Assembly: GCA_047495785.1 (NCBI GenBank)
Contig: JBLDXI010000033.1
Span: 1,302,001-1,366,000, forward strand
Origin: Lepidodermella squamata
Lineage: Eukaryota; Animalia; Gastrotricha
Direction: 5' to 3'
DNA length: 64,000 bases
Shown piece after piece: positions 1 to 10,821 of this stretch. The position numbers and the translations under genes are program-made. The notes under the pieces were generated by a model. The model did no database searches and was not told where the DNA came from. It was given only the letters and a program-made list of their open reading frames with translations. Numbering within the stretch: position 1 is the stretch's first letter; each line of letters opens with the position of its first letter.

Positions 1-17
1 TCACTTTGTTTTGAAAG

Positions 18-3000
18 GCCTCAAACGTTCGCTGTGTCGTAATATCGGACGACAATGTACGCTGCCGATCGGTATCAATCGGCTGTCTGTATAGCGAAAG
101 GGCAGTACCCCCCGCAAATTTAGCTTTGTTCGCCAGTGCGCCTGAGTGTACCAACGCTCGGAAGCAATTTTTTGTCATTCAGTCGGCTACGCAATTGACG
201 CGAGACCAAGTGGTTGCGAAATGCACCGAAAATAACGCGAGCATTGCTACAATCAAAACTTGGGACGAACAAGGCGAGTTTCGCCAACTTCTTGCCAGCC
301 AGTCGATTTCTTCCGTTTTTGTTGGCCTCACGCGACCAGCCGGCTTTCCACGTTGGGTTTGGGACGATGGAACTAGACTTAAAGTATTGCCACTGCAGTG
401 GGGAAGCAGTGAGCCAAGCGGAGATGGCGATTGCGCCGAATATTCCGCTTCACCTGACGGTCTATACCTCGGAGATGTTTCTTGTTCGGCTGTCAAATTG
501 TCGGTGGCCTGCGAAATATATGTTCAGCCAGCTGTAAGTTTGATACTTGTAAAAGCTGACTCTAAATTAACTAAATATTCAAACTGAGGATCCTACGTAT
601 ATTTCGCGCATTTAGTCAACTTAGGTATTAATTTGTAAATGTCGCATTTCTTCATTCTAGGTAGAAGCTGCGTCGTCCTATGTCCGATGTCTTGCGAAGT
701 TTAACACTGGTTCGGTAAGCTGCAGGAAGAACTCGACAGGCTGCTACTTCGGCGAGCAGTCTTTTCCAGCTTCCCACGTTTTTCCGTCAGAAGACAGCTG
801 TCTAAATGCACAAAAAACATTGTTTGTACTCGTTGATCCGAAATTTAGCAATTTTGATGCCGCTAGCAGTCTTTGCCGGGCAAATGGCGGTCAGTTGGCA
901 ACAATCAAGAATCAACTGGAGAAAGATGAACTTGAACGTTTGCTGACAGAATTGGGCATCGAATCAGCCTGGATTGGTATTGAAGTTATTTCGTGGGTTG
1001 ACGGTAGCCCCCTGGCGTTACAGTCGTCTTCGTTGCAATGGGCCCCTGGCGAGCCGAATGCCAATAATCTATTTGGTCAATATTTGTTTTTCGACTCGGA
1101 TGGGCAGTATTCCGCCGGTTTCTACCTGAAAAGCGTCAATAGCTCAAATACATCACCGGGCATAGCTTGCGAAACATTTGATCCGAATTATGTCGCCCAC
1201 GCGATAGTAAGTTGTTTTACAGAACTTGTTTTTCATGTTTTAGTGGCTTCAATGGTGCAGAATCTGTTTATTAGATCAATGATTTTAATGAAGATTAGCA
1301 ATCTTTTTGTTATTTGTTGCCTATTTGTTTCCTAGTCTCGTAGCGTTCGATGCGTGCCCAAGTCGTCTGGATTAGTCAAATGTCGTTCGGCTACGGCGGG
1401 ATGTTACGAGAGTGAAAAAAACTTTCCAGCGGGTGTTGTCTATGCAAGCAAGGATGAATGTAACTCGGTTGTCAAGCAAATTTTCATAGTCAAATCGACG
1501 ACACAGATGACGCGTGATGAAGCTGCATCGAAGTGTTTCGAAAATGGCTGGCAAATGGCATCGATCAAGACGTGGGATGAACAAGGCAAATTGAGGCAAC
1601 TGCTCACTAACCAGTCAGTCACTACAGTATTCGTCGGGCTACAGAAAATAGACGGGAAGTGGAAATGGGCCGATGGTTCTGATCTCTCAGCAATTAATCT
1701 TCAGTGGGGCAACAACGAACCGAGCGGAGACGGGGAATGTGGCGAATATTTCACCTTCGGCGCCTCGTCTCCCTTGCCTGCTGGTCTGTATCTTAATGAT
1801 GGAGCATGCTCGGTCACTGAATTGGCCGTTGCGTGTGAAACTTTTGTTCTGCCCACCGCTGCGCCAGTAAGCTTTTTCCCATTCATTTTGCGATGGCTCA
1901 CTAAGATTTGGGCTAGATCAACTAGATTCCTTAGTCATCGTAATTAGAACCGCGAAGAATGATTCTATAGCCCAGATTGAATCGTACACATTTCTTACCC
2001 CTTTCTGATTTTCCAGGTGGGAAGCTACGCGCGATGTGTCGGTGTTCGGAATGATGGCTTGGTCGCCTGCCGCCCGACTTCGCCTGGCTGTTACTTTGGT
2101 GAGACGAATTACGCTAGCTACGATTCGTTTGAAAGCTGTGTGGCCGCGGAGAAACGACTTTTCATCCTAGAGGGTGGTCGAACATGGCTCGACGCGAGCA
2201 ATTTTTGCCAATCTGAAGGCGGCTTTTTGGCGACGATTAAAACACCAGGGGAGCGTTCAGCCATGCTCGAACTGCTCTCGTTGTGGTCGCTCGACCAGGC
2301 TTGGATTGGCTGGTATGACTCTACTTGGGTCGATGGGGCGAAATTCACGCCGTTTCCAAAGCAATTGGGGCCTAATGAGCCGAATGGTGATGGATTGTGC
2401 GGCGAATATTTCATCTATAACGCTGACACCCAGAGGAACTACTCCGCTGGGCTTTATTTGAACGACCTCAATTGCACCTGGTCAGCGCCCGGGGCTGTTT
2501 GTGAAACATTCGGCTCATTGAGAGCTGGAGGACTTCAGGTAAATAAATAAATTATTTTTATCGCTCCATCTCAAAAGTGCTGACGAATAATGGTGCTTTC
2601 ACAAATGCGTCCGACGAGCGTCCGACGTTTTCGGCGCCCGAAGTTTCGTAATAGGCGCCCGAAGTAGCGTAATAGTTGTCCGACGTTTAGATTTCCTTTC
2701 ACATACGCGCGCACTTCGGCCCGCGCCCGAGGTTTAAACAATAGCGCGTCCGACGCGGCGCGCGCACGCACAACAAAGAACGTCGGATCGGAGGCCCCCA
2801 AAACTACCGTCCGAAGTGCGTCCGAACCGAAGCTTGTAGCGCGCACTATTATTACACGCACACCAATAAACGTAAGCGCGCGCGCGGCCATTCGACTGCT
2901 TGACTGACTGTGAAACACTCAAGTCGTCTTGAATTACGACGAGTCATGAAAATGAGTTCCAAATATACCACAAAAGCTTATAAATAAGGCCGGCAAAACC

Positions 3001-6000
3001 GCGCTCGGCGCGGCAAGAAAAAATTGATGATATGCAAATCATGCGTCTCAATCACATAATTTTTCGATGAAATTTAGATTTTTATGATCCGCATCGCATT
3101 TCACGTCTCATTACTTAGTTGAATTCAGCATTAACGCTGAAATGGAAATTTTTTTGCCTGACCCCTGCCACTCGCATGCACGCGCGCTCAAGTGCGTGAC
3201 ACCCAGCAACTTCGGCGACTAAACAATAGAGACTTCGGGCGCCCGACCGCGCGCGCGCGTCCGAAGTGCCACTGATAAAGCTCTCCGACGTTTCGCTTAG
3301 CTCTACCGAAGTTTGCGAGTTGCTAGCCGAAGTTTTCACCGTCGGATGCATTTGTGAAAGCACCATAAGGAAAATGTTTATGTTACCCGTATTTGATCAT
3401 TTTTGACGCCGGATAACAACAATATCCGAGTTTCATCGGTGGACAGCGATGGATATTAGTCCTTCAGGCCAATATTCATCGCGCTATCCACCTATGATAT
3501 CAAACCGGATATTGAATATTATCTCGCCACGCATTCAAGAATCGGATTATAATAAATGGCCTTCGGGCAGATATTTTCCGCTATCCGCTTCAAAGCTCGC
3601 AGATATTGTATAGTATTCTTTATATTCTTTCTAGTACTCGTTCGTGCGATGCGAGAATCCAGCTTCGGGAGAGGTATTATGCTCGCTGCAGCAATTGGGA
3701 TGCATTATCAATGGATATACCCGGCAATTCCCGAATGCAATCTTTACGACCTTGAAAACATGTGAAAATGTCAAGAAGGTGTTCTCCGTGTTGAAATTCT
3801 CACAACCAAAGACGCAAGCCGAGGCCCAGTCTGAGTGCTCTGGCGTTTCCGGTCGACTGGCGACAATAAAATCGTGGGATGAACAAGGCGAGATGCGAGC
3901 CGTGCTCGCTCGAGAGGCAATTACCTCTGCCTGGGTTGGTCTTGTGGGTATCACGAACAATGCGGGCCAAAATTACGGCTGGGTTGATGGTTCTAATTTC
4001 ACTGCCTTACCCTTGCAATGGGGCTCACAAGAGCCTAGTAACAATCAGAATTGTGGCATATACGATTTCTACAACTCGACTTTAACCGGTCTATATCCGG
4101 CTGGTCACTACCTCAATGACGTATCTTGCGACGTCCTTGTTTCCAATGCTGTGTGCGAAACTTACGTCCGACTCACTGTTACAGCGTCGTTTGTAAGTTA
4201 TTTTTTCATATCTAATGGATTACCAAATGACCAAATGAATTAATTTTATTTAACGTCCTCCGTAGGCATGAAAATGTGATTTTTGACACTTCTGAAGATT
4301 TAGCATCAAGATCATCGCTTGAAAATTCGAAATTTCTGAAATATAATTTTGTGCTAAAAGTGTGTTTGTAACAGACTGGCTACGTTCGCTGCATCGATAT
4401 CAGTGGATCAGTTCGTTGCCGCTTGAATACCACAGGATGCTACTTTGGCGAGCAAGCTTATCCACCGTCAACCTATTACGAAACTAGAAGCGACTGTCTT
4501 TCCGCTGTGAAGACAATTTTTGTCGTGGACACTCCTCAATACCGTACTTGGGAAGACGCAAAAGCTTTGTGCGCCGCCAAAGGTGCGCAGCTTGCTACGG
4601 TCAAGACAGCGTCTGATCAAAATGAAGTCCTTTCTTTGCTGTATGCGTGGAGTCTAGCTTCAGCTTGGATTGGCATACGATTCTCAAAATGGACAGACGG
4701 CAGTATTTTTCAAACTCAGCCTAATCAGGTTATCGCTTTACTATTCTTTCTTGTCTTTCGAACCTCACGATTTGAAGACTGCAGAAATTGTTAGTATAAT
4801 GAAAAGTGATGTATCATTAGGTGAAAATCTTTGTTTGAAATTGTAATTGTAATTGTAATAATTGTAACAATTGCTAACTAAAACAGAATTTGTGGGGTCC
4901 CAATGAGCCGGATAACGATGGCGCGTGTGGCGAGTTCAGAGCGTACACGCGTACTGAGAACTGGCTATTCAACTTTTACTTGAATGACGCAGATTGCAAT
5001 GGCCGCTCTCAAGGTGCTTTATGCGAAATCTATGATCCGACCTATCAGCGTCCCTTACCTCCAGTGAGTTAGCCATTTATTCTTTGTTGCAATGGCCATA
5101 ACCTCCAATGTTCACTGCAACTTATTGGCATCCGACTTTCCATTTTTCAACTTATTTTCTGCTGAGATTTCTTATCAATTTTCCAATTTAAAAGAATGGC
5201 TACAAACGCTGCGTCAATCTAGTCGGAGAGGCTACCTGTTTAACGAACTACGCCAGATGTCCAATTTTCACCGTCCCTCTCAGCTATTTGTTCAATTCGG
5301 CTGAAAGCTGCGCAAACGCTGTCAAGACGATGTTTTTCATTCCAACGCAACAAGGCACTGTCGACTGGAATAGAGCTAGTGACCTGTGCACGGGCGAGGG
5401 CGGGCAGCTGGCGAACATCAAAGCGCCTGTTGATCAGATTGCGATACGCCGGCTATTGTCGGCCTGGCGAATCAAGAGTGCGTGGGTTGGCTGGGCGAAC
5501 TCGAAATGGATAGATGGTAGCAATTTTACAGCTCTCGTCCTGCAATGGGGTCCTGGCGAGCCTTCAAATTCGAGCAATTGTGCCCAGTACTCTCGTTTCA
5601 ACATATCCCTAAAAGTAGCACAAGAGTACCCTATATATTTCCTGGCAAACTTGGCTTGTGATGCTAAGCTGACCGATGGAGTTGTCTGCGAAACATACGA
5701 CCCATCGTACGCCTTCTTCCCTCCTCCGGTAAGGGTTTCACAGGAGTTGCCTTGAGCTAAAATAACTACAATTGACTTTTCAGGAGGGCTTCGAACGATG
5801 TCTAGCAACTTCGAGCGGGTCAACTACGTGTCGATCAACGCTAAATGGGTGCCAGTCAAATGGAGAAGAACGCTACCCAGATGACTTGATTTTCCCGACA
5901 TTGCAGCGCTGCGCGAACGCCTCGAAGGAGTTTATCTTAATCACGCAGCAACTGACATGGGACGCAGCGAAAACTGTTTGTTCAGATCAGGGCGGTATGA

Positions 6001-6293
6001 AGCTGGCAACTGCAAAAACGGCGGATGAGCGGCAAGAACTGCGCGATTTCGCTGCCCAAGGCATATCAGTTTGGATAGGCTTGTTCCAGCCGGAAGGAGA
6101 CAGTGATTGGAAGTGGATAGACGGATCGCCATATGACTCTCTCGCCGACCCTTTAACTCCGGGCGTGACAGCAACGGGACCAAGATGCGCCCTCTACAAG
6201 CGTGATAAATCAGACGTCGTTGTGCTCTACGATCAACCCTGCAGCTTGCAGAGCCTCGGTGTTTGCGAGTCCTTTTTCGACGTGTCGACGTGA
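18..6293 (+). CDS. Multi-domain C-type lectin, copy A (5'-partial; 8 [4-Cys module + CTLD] units visible), multi-exon
   Basis: Repeated CTLD motifs (A..C...G.LATIK, WIGL/WVG, W.DG, W...EP[S/N/D], C, YLND..C...CE). Units are joined by phase-0 GT-AG introns (e.g. after 533, 1206, 1866, 2538). Stop TGA at 6291-6293; no TM segment. Confidence 0.9.
2591..3365. mobile_element. MITE, PIF/Harbinger (Tourist)-like, in a lectin intron
   Basis: TIR tggtgctttcacaaatgcgtccgacg ... cgtcggatgcatttgtgaaagcacca, flanked by TAA on both sides (2588-2590, 3366-3368). Interior is CpG-rich and non-coding. Confidence 0.85.
3411..3524. repeat. Imperfect palindrome / foldback element in intron
   Basis: tcatcggtggacagcgatggatatt pairs with aatattcatcgcgctatccacctatga; outer aatatccg pairs with cggatatt. 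Confidence 0.6.
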
Positions 6294-7187
6294 AAACAGT
6301 GCCCATAGCCATTATGGACTCACTTTGCTTTTATAAACCTGCCTGAACACTTTATGCCCATTCAATGATGTGGTGCTTTACTTTATTTTGTGAACTCATA
6401 ATTATTTCCTTGCCATCATACATCCGTTGATTGACGATATTATGTTATTTTTGGTCTTGATTGTGTCGTTGAGCCGTAATTTTCAGAATATGGCTGTGCA
6501 ACGCGTTGAAGCGCGTAATTTCAGAAATATTTTAAAGCTGTGAGAGCTTCAACTACGACAACTGATAAACACTGAAAAGCATGCTTCATTCCTGAAGGCT
6601 AAGCGAAGCTGATTACGGGCTTGATTGGCGTTCGACATCTCAATCAGCTGGGCGAAGTGTCCCAAATTTGCAAAGACAATTTTTAATTTTAATGGAAAAT
6701 GGCGAGCATCTCCAAAATTTCATTTTGCAGCAAAGCAGATCAAGGGTATGGACTGGCTAAAGAATAAGTTGGATAATAAGATAAAGTTTAAGTTACAAGT
6801 ATGCGGTTTTGTTGCATATTTGGGGCACTTTACCCGTCGAGCTATTTGAAGTTTATATTATTATGTATTTTGATTAATTTTGCTTCTTATTTGTCATTTT
6901 TTCTGATTCGTCTTCCGAGCGTTTATGCCCCGAATCGTGTGAAATAAAGCTATGTATTTATTGCTATAAAGAAGAGCTTAATATAACTAGATACACGAGG
7001 TTCTTGCTTGCTTTTTCATTACATAGTTTCAGGATTCTCAAATGTTCATTAAATGTCTGGGTTCACGCAATTCTCATAAAAGCCTGAGTTGTACAATCAG
7101 TACCCAGATGAATTTCACTCGAAAAATGACGTCTAAAATATTGAACACAACTCGGCAATCGGGAAAAAGGTAAGACTGGCAACACGA

Positions 7188-7560
7188 AGCCTTGGCCTTC
7201 CAGAGCCGAGAATTGCTTTCGAATGCGTTGGAGGCAAAGCTGCGGGTGATTTAGCTGCAACTCTTGGTTTCGGCGGCGCCTTGGTTACTTATGGCCTGAT
7301 GCCAGCCCATGCAGCTTGACCAGATGAGTGTCATCATGAAAGACCTTCGCGTACTTGGCTTCACACTCAATTCATGGATGGATAACGAGTATAAAGCCAA
7401 GGATTTCGAGAAGTTGCTTGTTAAACTCATTCAGCTATACTCAAGCGGTGCTCTACGCTTGCCTAAGATCAACAAATTTCCAATTGAACAATGGCGCGAT
7501 GCACTGAAACTGGCGACCACTAGCTACTCAAACACCAAAGTTCTACTGCAAATGAATTGA
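7188..7560 (+). pseudogene. 5'-truncated MECR-like enoyl reductase pseudogene fragment
   Basis: LGLPEPRIAFECVGG...ALVTYGLM, then a frameshift into QPMQLDQMSVIMKDLRVLGFTL...KVLLQMN*. Homologous to the C-termini of the MECR-like genes at 27082, 45764 and 62787. Confidence 0.8.
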
Positions 7561-7681
7561 AAAAAATATTGCGCACTTTTGATAATAGACTCGTTAATTA
7601 GTTTAGCTCAGCATTGTTTTTCGTGCATATGTCTTTTGGATTCTTTTTCAAGAAGCAATAAAATTATTTTTATTTTACTTG

Positions 7682-9480
7682 AAGAATTATTTTCCTCTCT
7701 TCCGTCGAAATTGATGACGAAATTGTCTTGAAAATATTGCTCAGTCTCTCCGATTCGTATGCCGTCTGTCCTGATGGCCTTCCTACAATTTTCTTTAAAA
7801 AAATGGCACACTCTCTATGTACTCCGCTTGCTCATATCTTCAAATCTTCTCTATCTCACGGTGTCTTACCCGATATCTGGAAAATCGCGTCCGTTAAACC
7901 TATAGCTAAAAAACCGAATTCCAAAAAACCTGTAGACTATCGCCCTATCTCGCTCACCTCCGCTGCATGTCGTGCCTTTGAAAAAATTATTAAAATAAAT
8001 ATTCTTGATTTTTTATTAACTAATTCTATTATTTCTTCGGAGCAACATGGCTTTCTTCTTCGTAAATCTACCGCTTCCCAGATGCTTGAATGCTCTCACG
8101 ATTGGTTTTATGCCATTGAATGCGATGAGTTCGTTGATATAATTTACATAGATTTCGCCAAGGCATTCGATACTGTTTGTCACTCTAAACTTCTTAAAAA
8201 ACTAGCTAGAATAGGCATCAATGGTGATCTCTTAAATTGGATTTCTTCTTATCTCTCAAATCGCTCTCAATTCGTAATAGTAAATAATTCTTCTAGCTCT
8301 CACTCACCGGTTACCAGCGGGGTTCCTCAAGGCTCCGTCCTTGGTCCCTTACTCTTCCTTATCTACATTAATGATATCGTTCCTATTTTACCTGCCGGAG
8401 TTTCGATTAAACTCTTCGCCGATGACTGTAAGCTCTACATTAAATTCTGCTTTAATAACGCTATTTCTTCTTCTTCCAAATTATCATTAGCTCTCGATAA
8501 AATTTTTACTTGGATAAACGACTGGCAACTTAGCCTCTCCATCGACAAGTGTGGTGTCCTTCATCTGGGCCGTAACAATCCTCATTTTTCATATTCTCTT
8601 GGTTCTCATCAACTTCCTACCTGTCACTCGTACAAGGACCTCGGTCTGATCATCGACGACGGTCTCACGTTTCGCCCTCATCTTAGCACTATTGTTACCA
8701 AAGCCTATAACTGCGTTAATGCTATTCTTAGAGCCTTTCATGGCCAGTCGCCTTCCGTTCTCGCCTGGGCTTATCGCGTCTATTCTAGGCCTTTACTTGA
8801 ATACCTACCTTCCATTTGGTCGCCTTACAAAAAATGTGACAAAGAACTTGTTGAAAATGTACAAAAATACTTTACCCGTCGTGCCTTGGGCTTCTCTTCT
8901 CATGATCCTAACCGCCCATCTTATAAACAAAGGCTTTTAATCCTCAAACTAGACTCTTTAGAAAAGCGCCGAATTCTTTTAGATCTGTTTCTTCTGTACA
9001 AAATTTACTACAATGCAGTTGATTCGTCTATTTCTTCTTACATCGAACCCTTGTCTACTAAAACTCGCGGTCATTGTCATCGTCTTAGATATCGTCGACC
9101 TGATGACCGTTATCGCAATGCTACCTCGCCTCTTTTCGCAAATTTTTTTCTTAATCGCGTTCTTCCCATTTGGAACGAATTACCGTCTCATATTTTTCCT
9201 TCTTCTGACAATTTTGATACTAATCTGACATATTTTAAATCAAAAATACGTAAACTTGATTTTTCTAAACACTGCACTCTTACTAATTGATTTTTACTAC
9301 TTCATGCTCTTCAAAACTACATTCTCCCCCTTCAGAACTGTTTTATATCATTACATTACCCGCTATACGGTTCAGAGTTAGTGGCCTGCGTGCCCTTCTG
9401 TTTCCTCGAATTTTGTACCATCATATTTTTTTTCATGAATATATTTTTCGAAATAAAATAATAATAATAATAATAATAAT
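7682..9480 (+). mobile_element. 5'-truncated non-LTR retrotransposon (CR1-like), RT domain
   Basis: Uninterrupted ORF with YRPISLTS, QHGF, DFAKAFD, GVPQGSVLGP, FADD and C-terminal TRGH. Ends in AATAAA plus a (TAA)n tail at ~9452-9480. Confidence 0.92.
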
Positions 9481-10015
9481 ATTTTGAAGCGGTTTTCACC
9501 AGTCGATAGATCTAGTCTGCGGTAAACTATCCTCCAAATTTCGTTAAAATCGGGTTCGAGAGAAAAATTGCTGATGAATTTTTGAAAAATCCTATTTTTC
9601 CATGCGATGTTGTGGCCTGAGTTGATTGTCTCTTATGCCAGAGGCTTTAAATCCTGAAAAAACACATTGTACTCTCCAAACATGAAGGCTTCATAAAGTT
9701 GGCGCAGATCATTCAAAATATCCCGAAAAATCATTTCGTATCGCGGTTGGTGGATAAGACCTTCTCTGCGTGGGCTCCAAGTCGAATTTCCCTATGAAAT
9801 TCCCACGTTATTGACCTAAATCATTGCTAAAAAAATTTCGATTAAGCCTTTTCATAGGTTGATGCCATCCAACCTAAAATGCCATTTTTAAAGAATGAGA
9901 ATTGTTAATAATTGTTCGTCATCAACCTTTCCTCTCGAACCCGATTCAAACGAAATTTGGAGCAAAATTTACCGCAGACAAGATCTGTCGACTGGTGAAA
10001 ACCGCTTCTAAAAAT
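9481..10015. mobile_element. Non-autonomous DNA transposon/MITE with ~95-bp imperfect inverted repeats
   Basis: gaagcggttttcaccagtcgatagatctagtctgcggtaaa...gggttcgagag matches the reverse complement ctctcgaacccg...tttaccgcagacaagatctgtcgactggtgaaaaccgcttc. Confidence 0.8.
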
Positions 10016-10821
10016 TTCTCACGGTTTTGAAGTTATTGAAAGAATGCGATGCAGAAAAATATAATAATGATAATAATTAATGCTTAAATATTCGCGCAAA
10101 AAATAAACGCCGATGTTGACAGCCAGTGACTAAGCATTGTACAATATGGTACGAACGGTAGGGATTTTACAACTTTTCTCTCACTAGCAGCGGAAATGAT
10201 TTGTGTTACGGTTCAACTGATAATCATCTGGAGTCTGGAGCTGCTGATGGTATTGTGGTCCATGCTTCTGTATTTGATTGTTTCCACTGTTAGAATCCCT
10301 CAGATTTATTTTTTCCCTGGTCTGCTTTCATTTTTTTCACGCGCCCTATTTTTGCAGAACTTGAACTTTGATACCACGAAACCGGGCCATATTCAGGGCG
10401 TGATTTTCCTACACGACGCAGGGCTGTTTTTAAGGCCAAAAGGTTTTGAATGACTGACACGCGTCCATAAAGAATTTTTTGCCTGTATCACAAAACCTTT
10501 ATAAATTTTTTTCAAACATTCACTTCCTTTCTCACTTCAATTTCAAAAAATTTCCTCTACTTATTCGATTGGATCGATGCATTGAGCTCATCAATATCTC
10601 ATTCCCATTTTGAAATAGCGCCTTCCCATTACCTATTATCACCGGGCTGACTTGATAACCTGCGTGATTCGGAGTCAAAGGCCAATTTAATCAGTACTTT
10701 CAGCAAAAAGAGAAGCAGCTTGACTCATGGTAAAGCAGGCAGATCCAGGCTAAAACATTAGCACACCTTCCTCTTTCCATTGAGGCGTTTTTTATTTATA
10801 CAGTTTAGCTAGTTTTTGAAG

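Larger units (their letters stand above)
1..7681 (+). repeat. Segmental tandem duplication unit A (homologous to ~16751-24240)
   Basis: Collinear ORFs, introns and 3' flank. Identical ORFs recur at a constant offset of 16761 in the central part. Homology ends at 7681/24240 (attttacttg). Confidence 0.92.

Noticed and set aside
2571-3366. ORFs inside the CpG-rich intronic element (also 19332-20127)
   Set aside because: No transposase motifs; chance ORFs in a GC-rich MITE.
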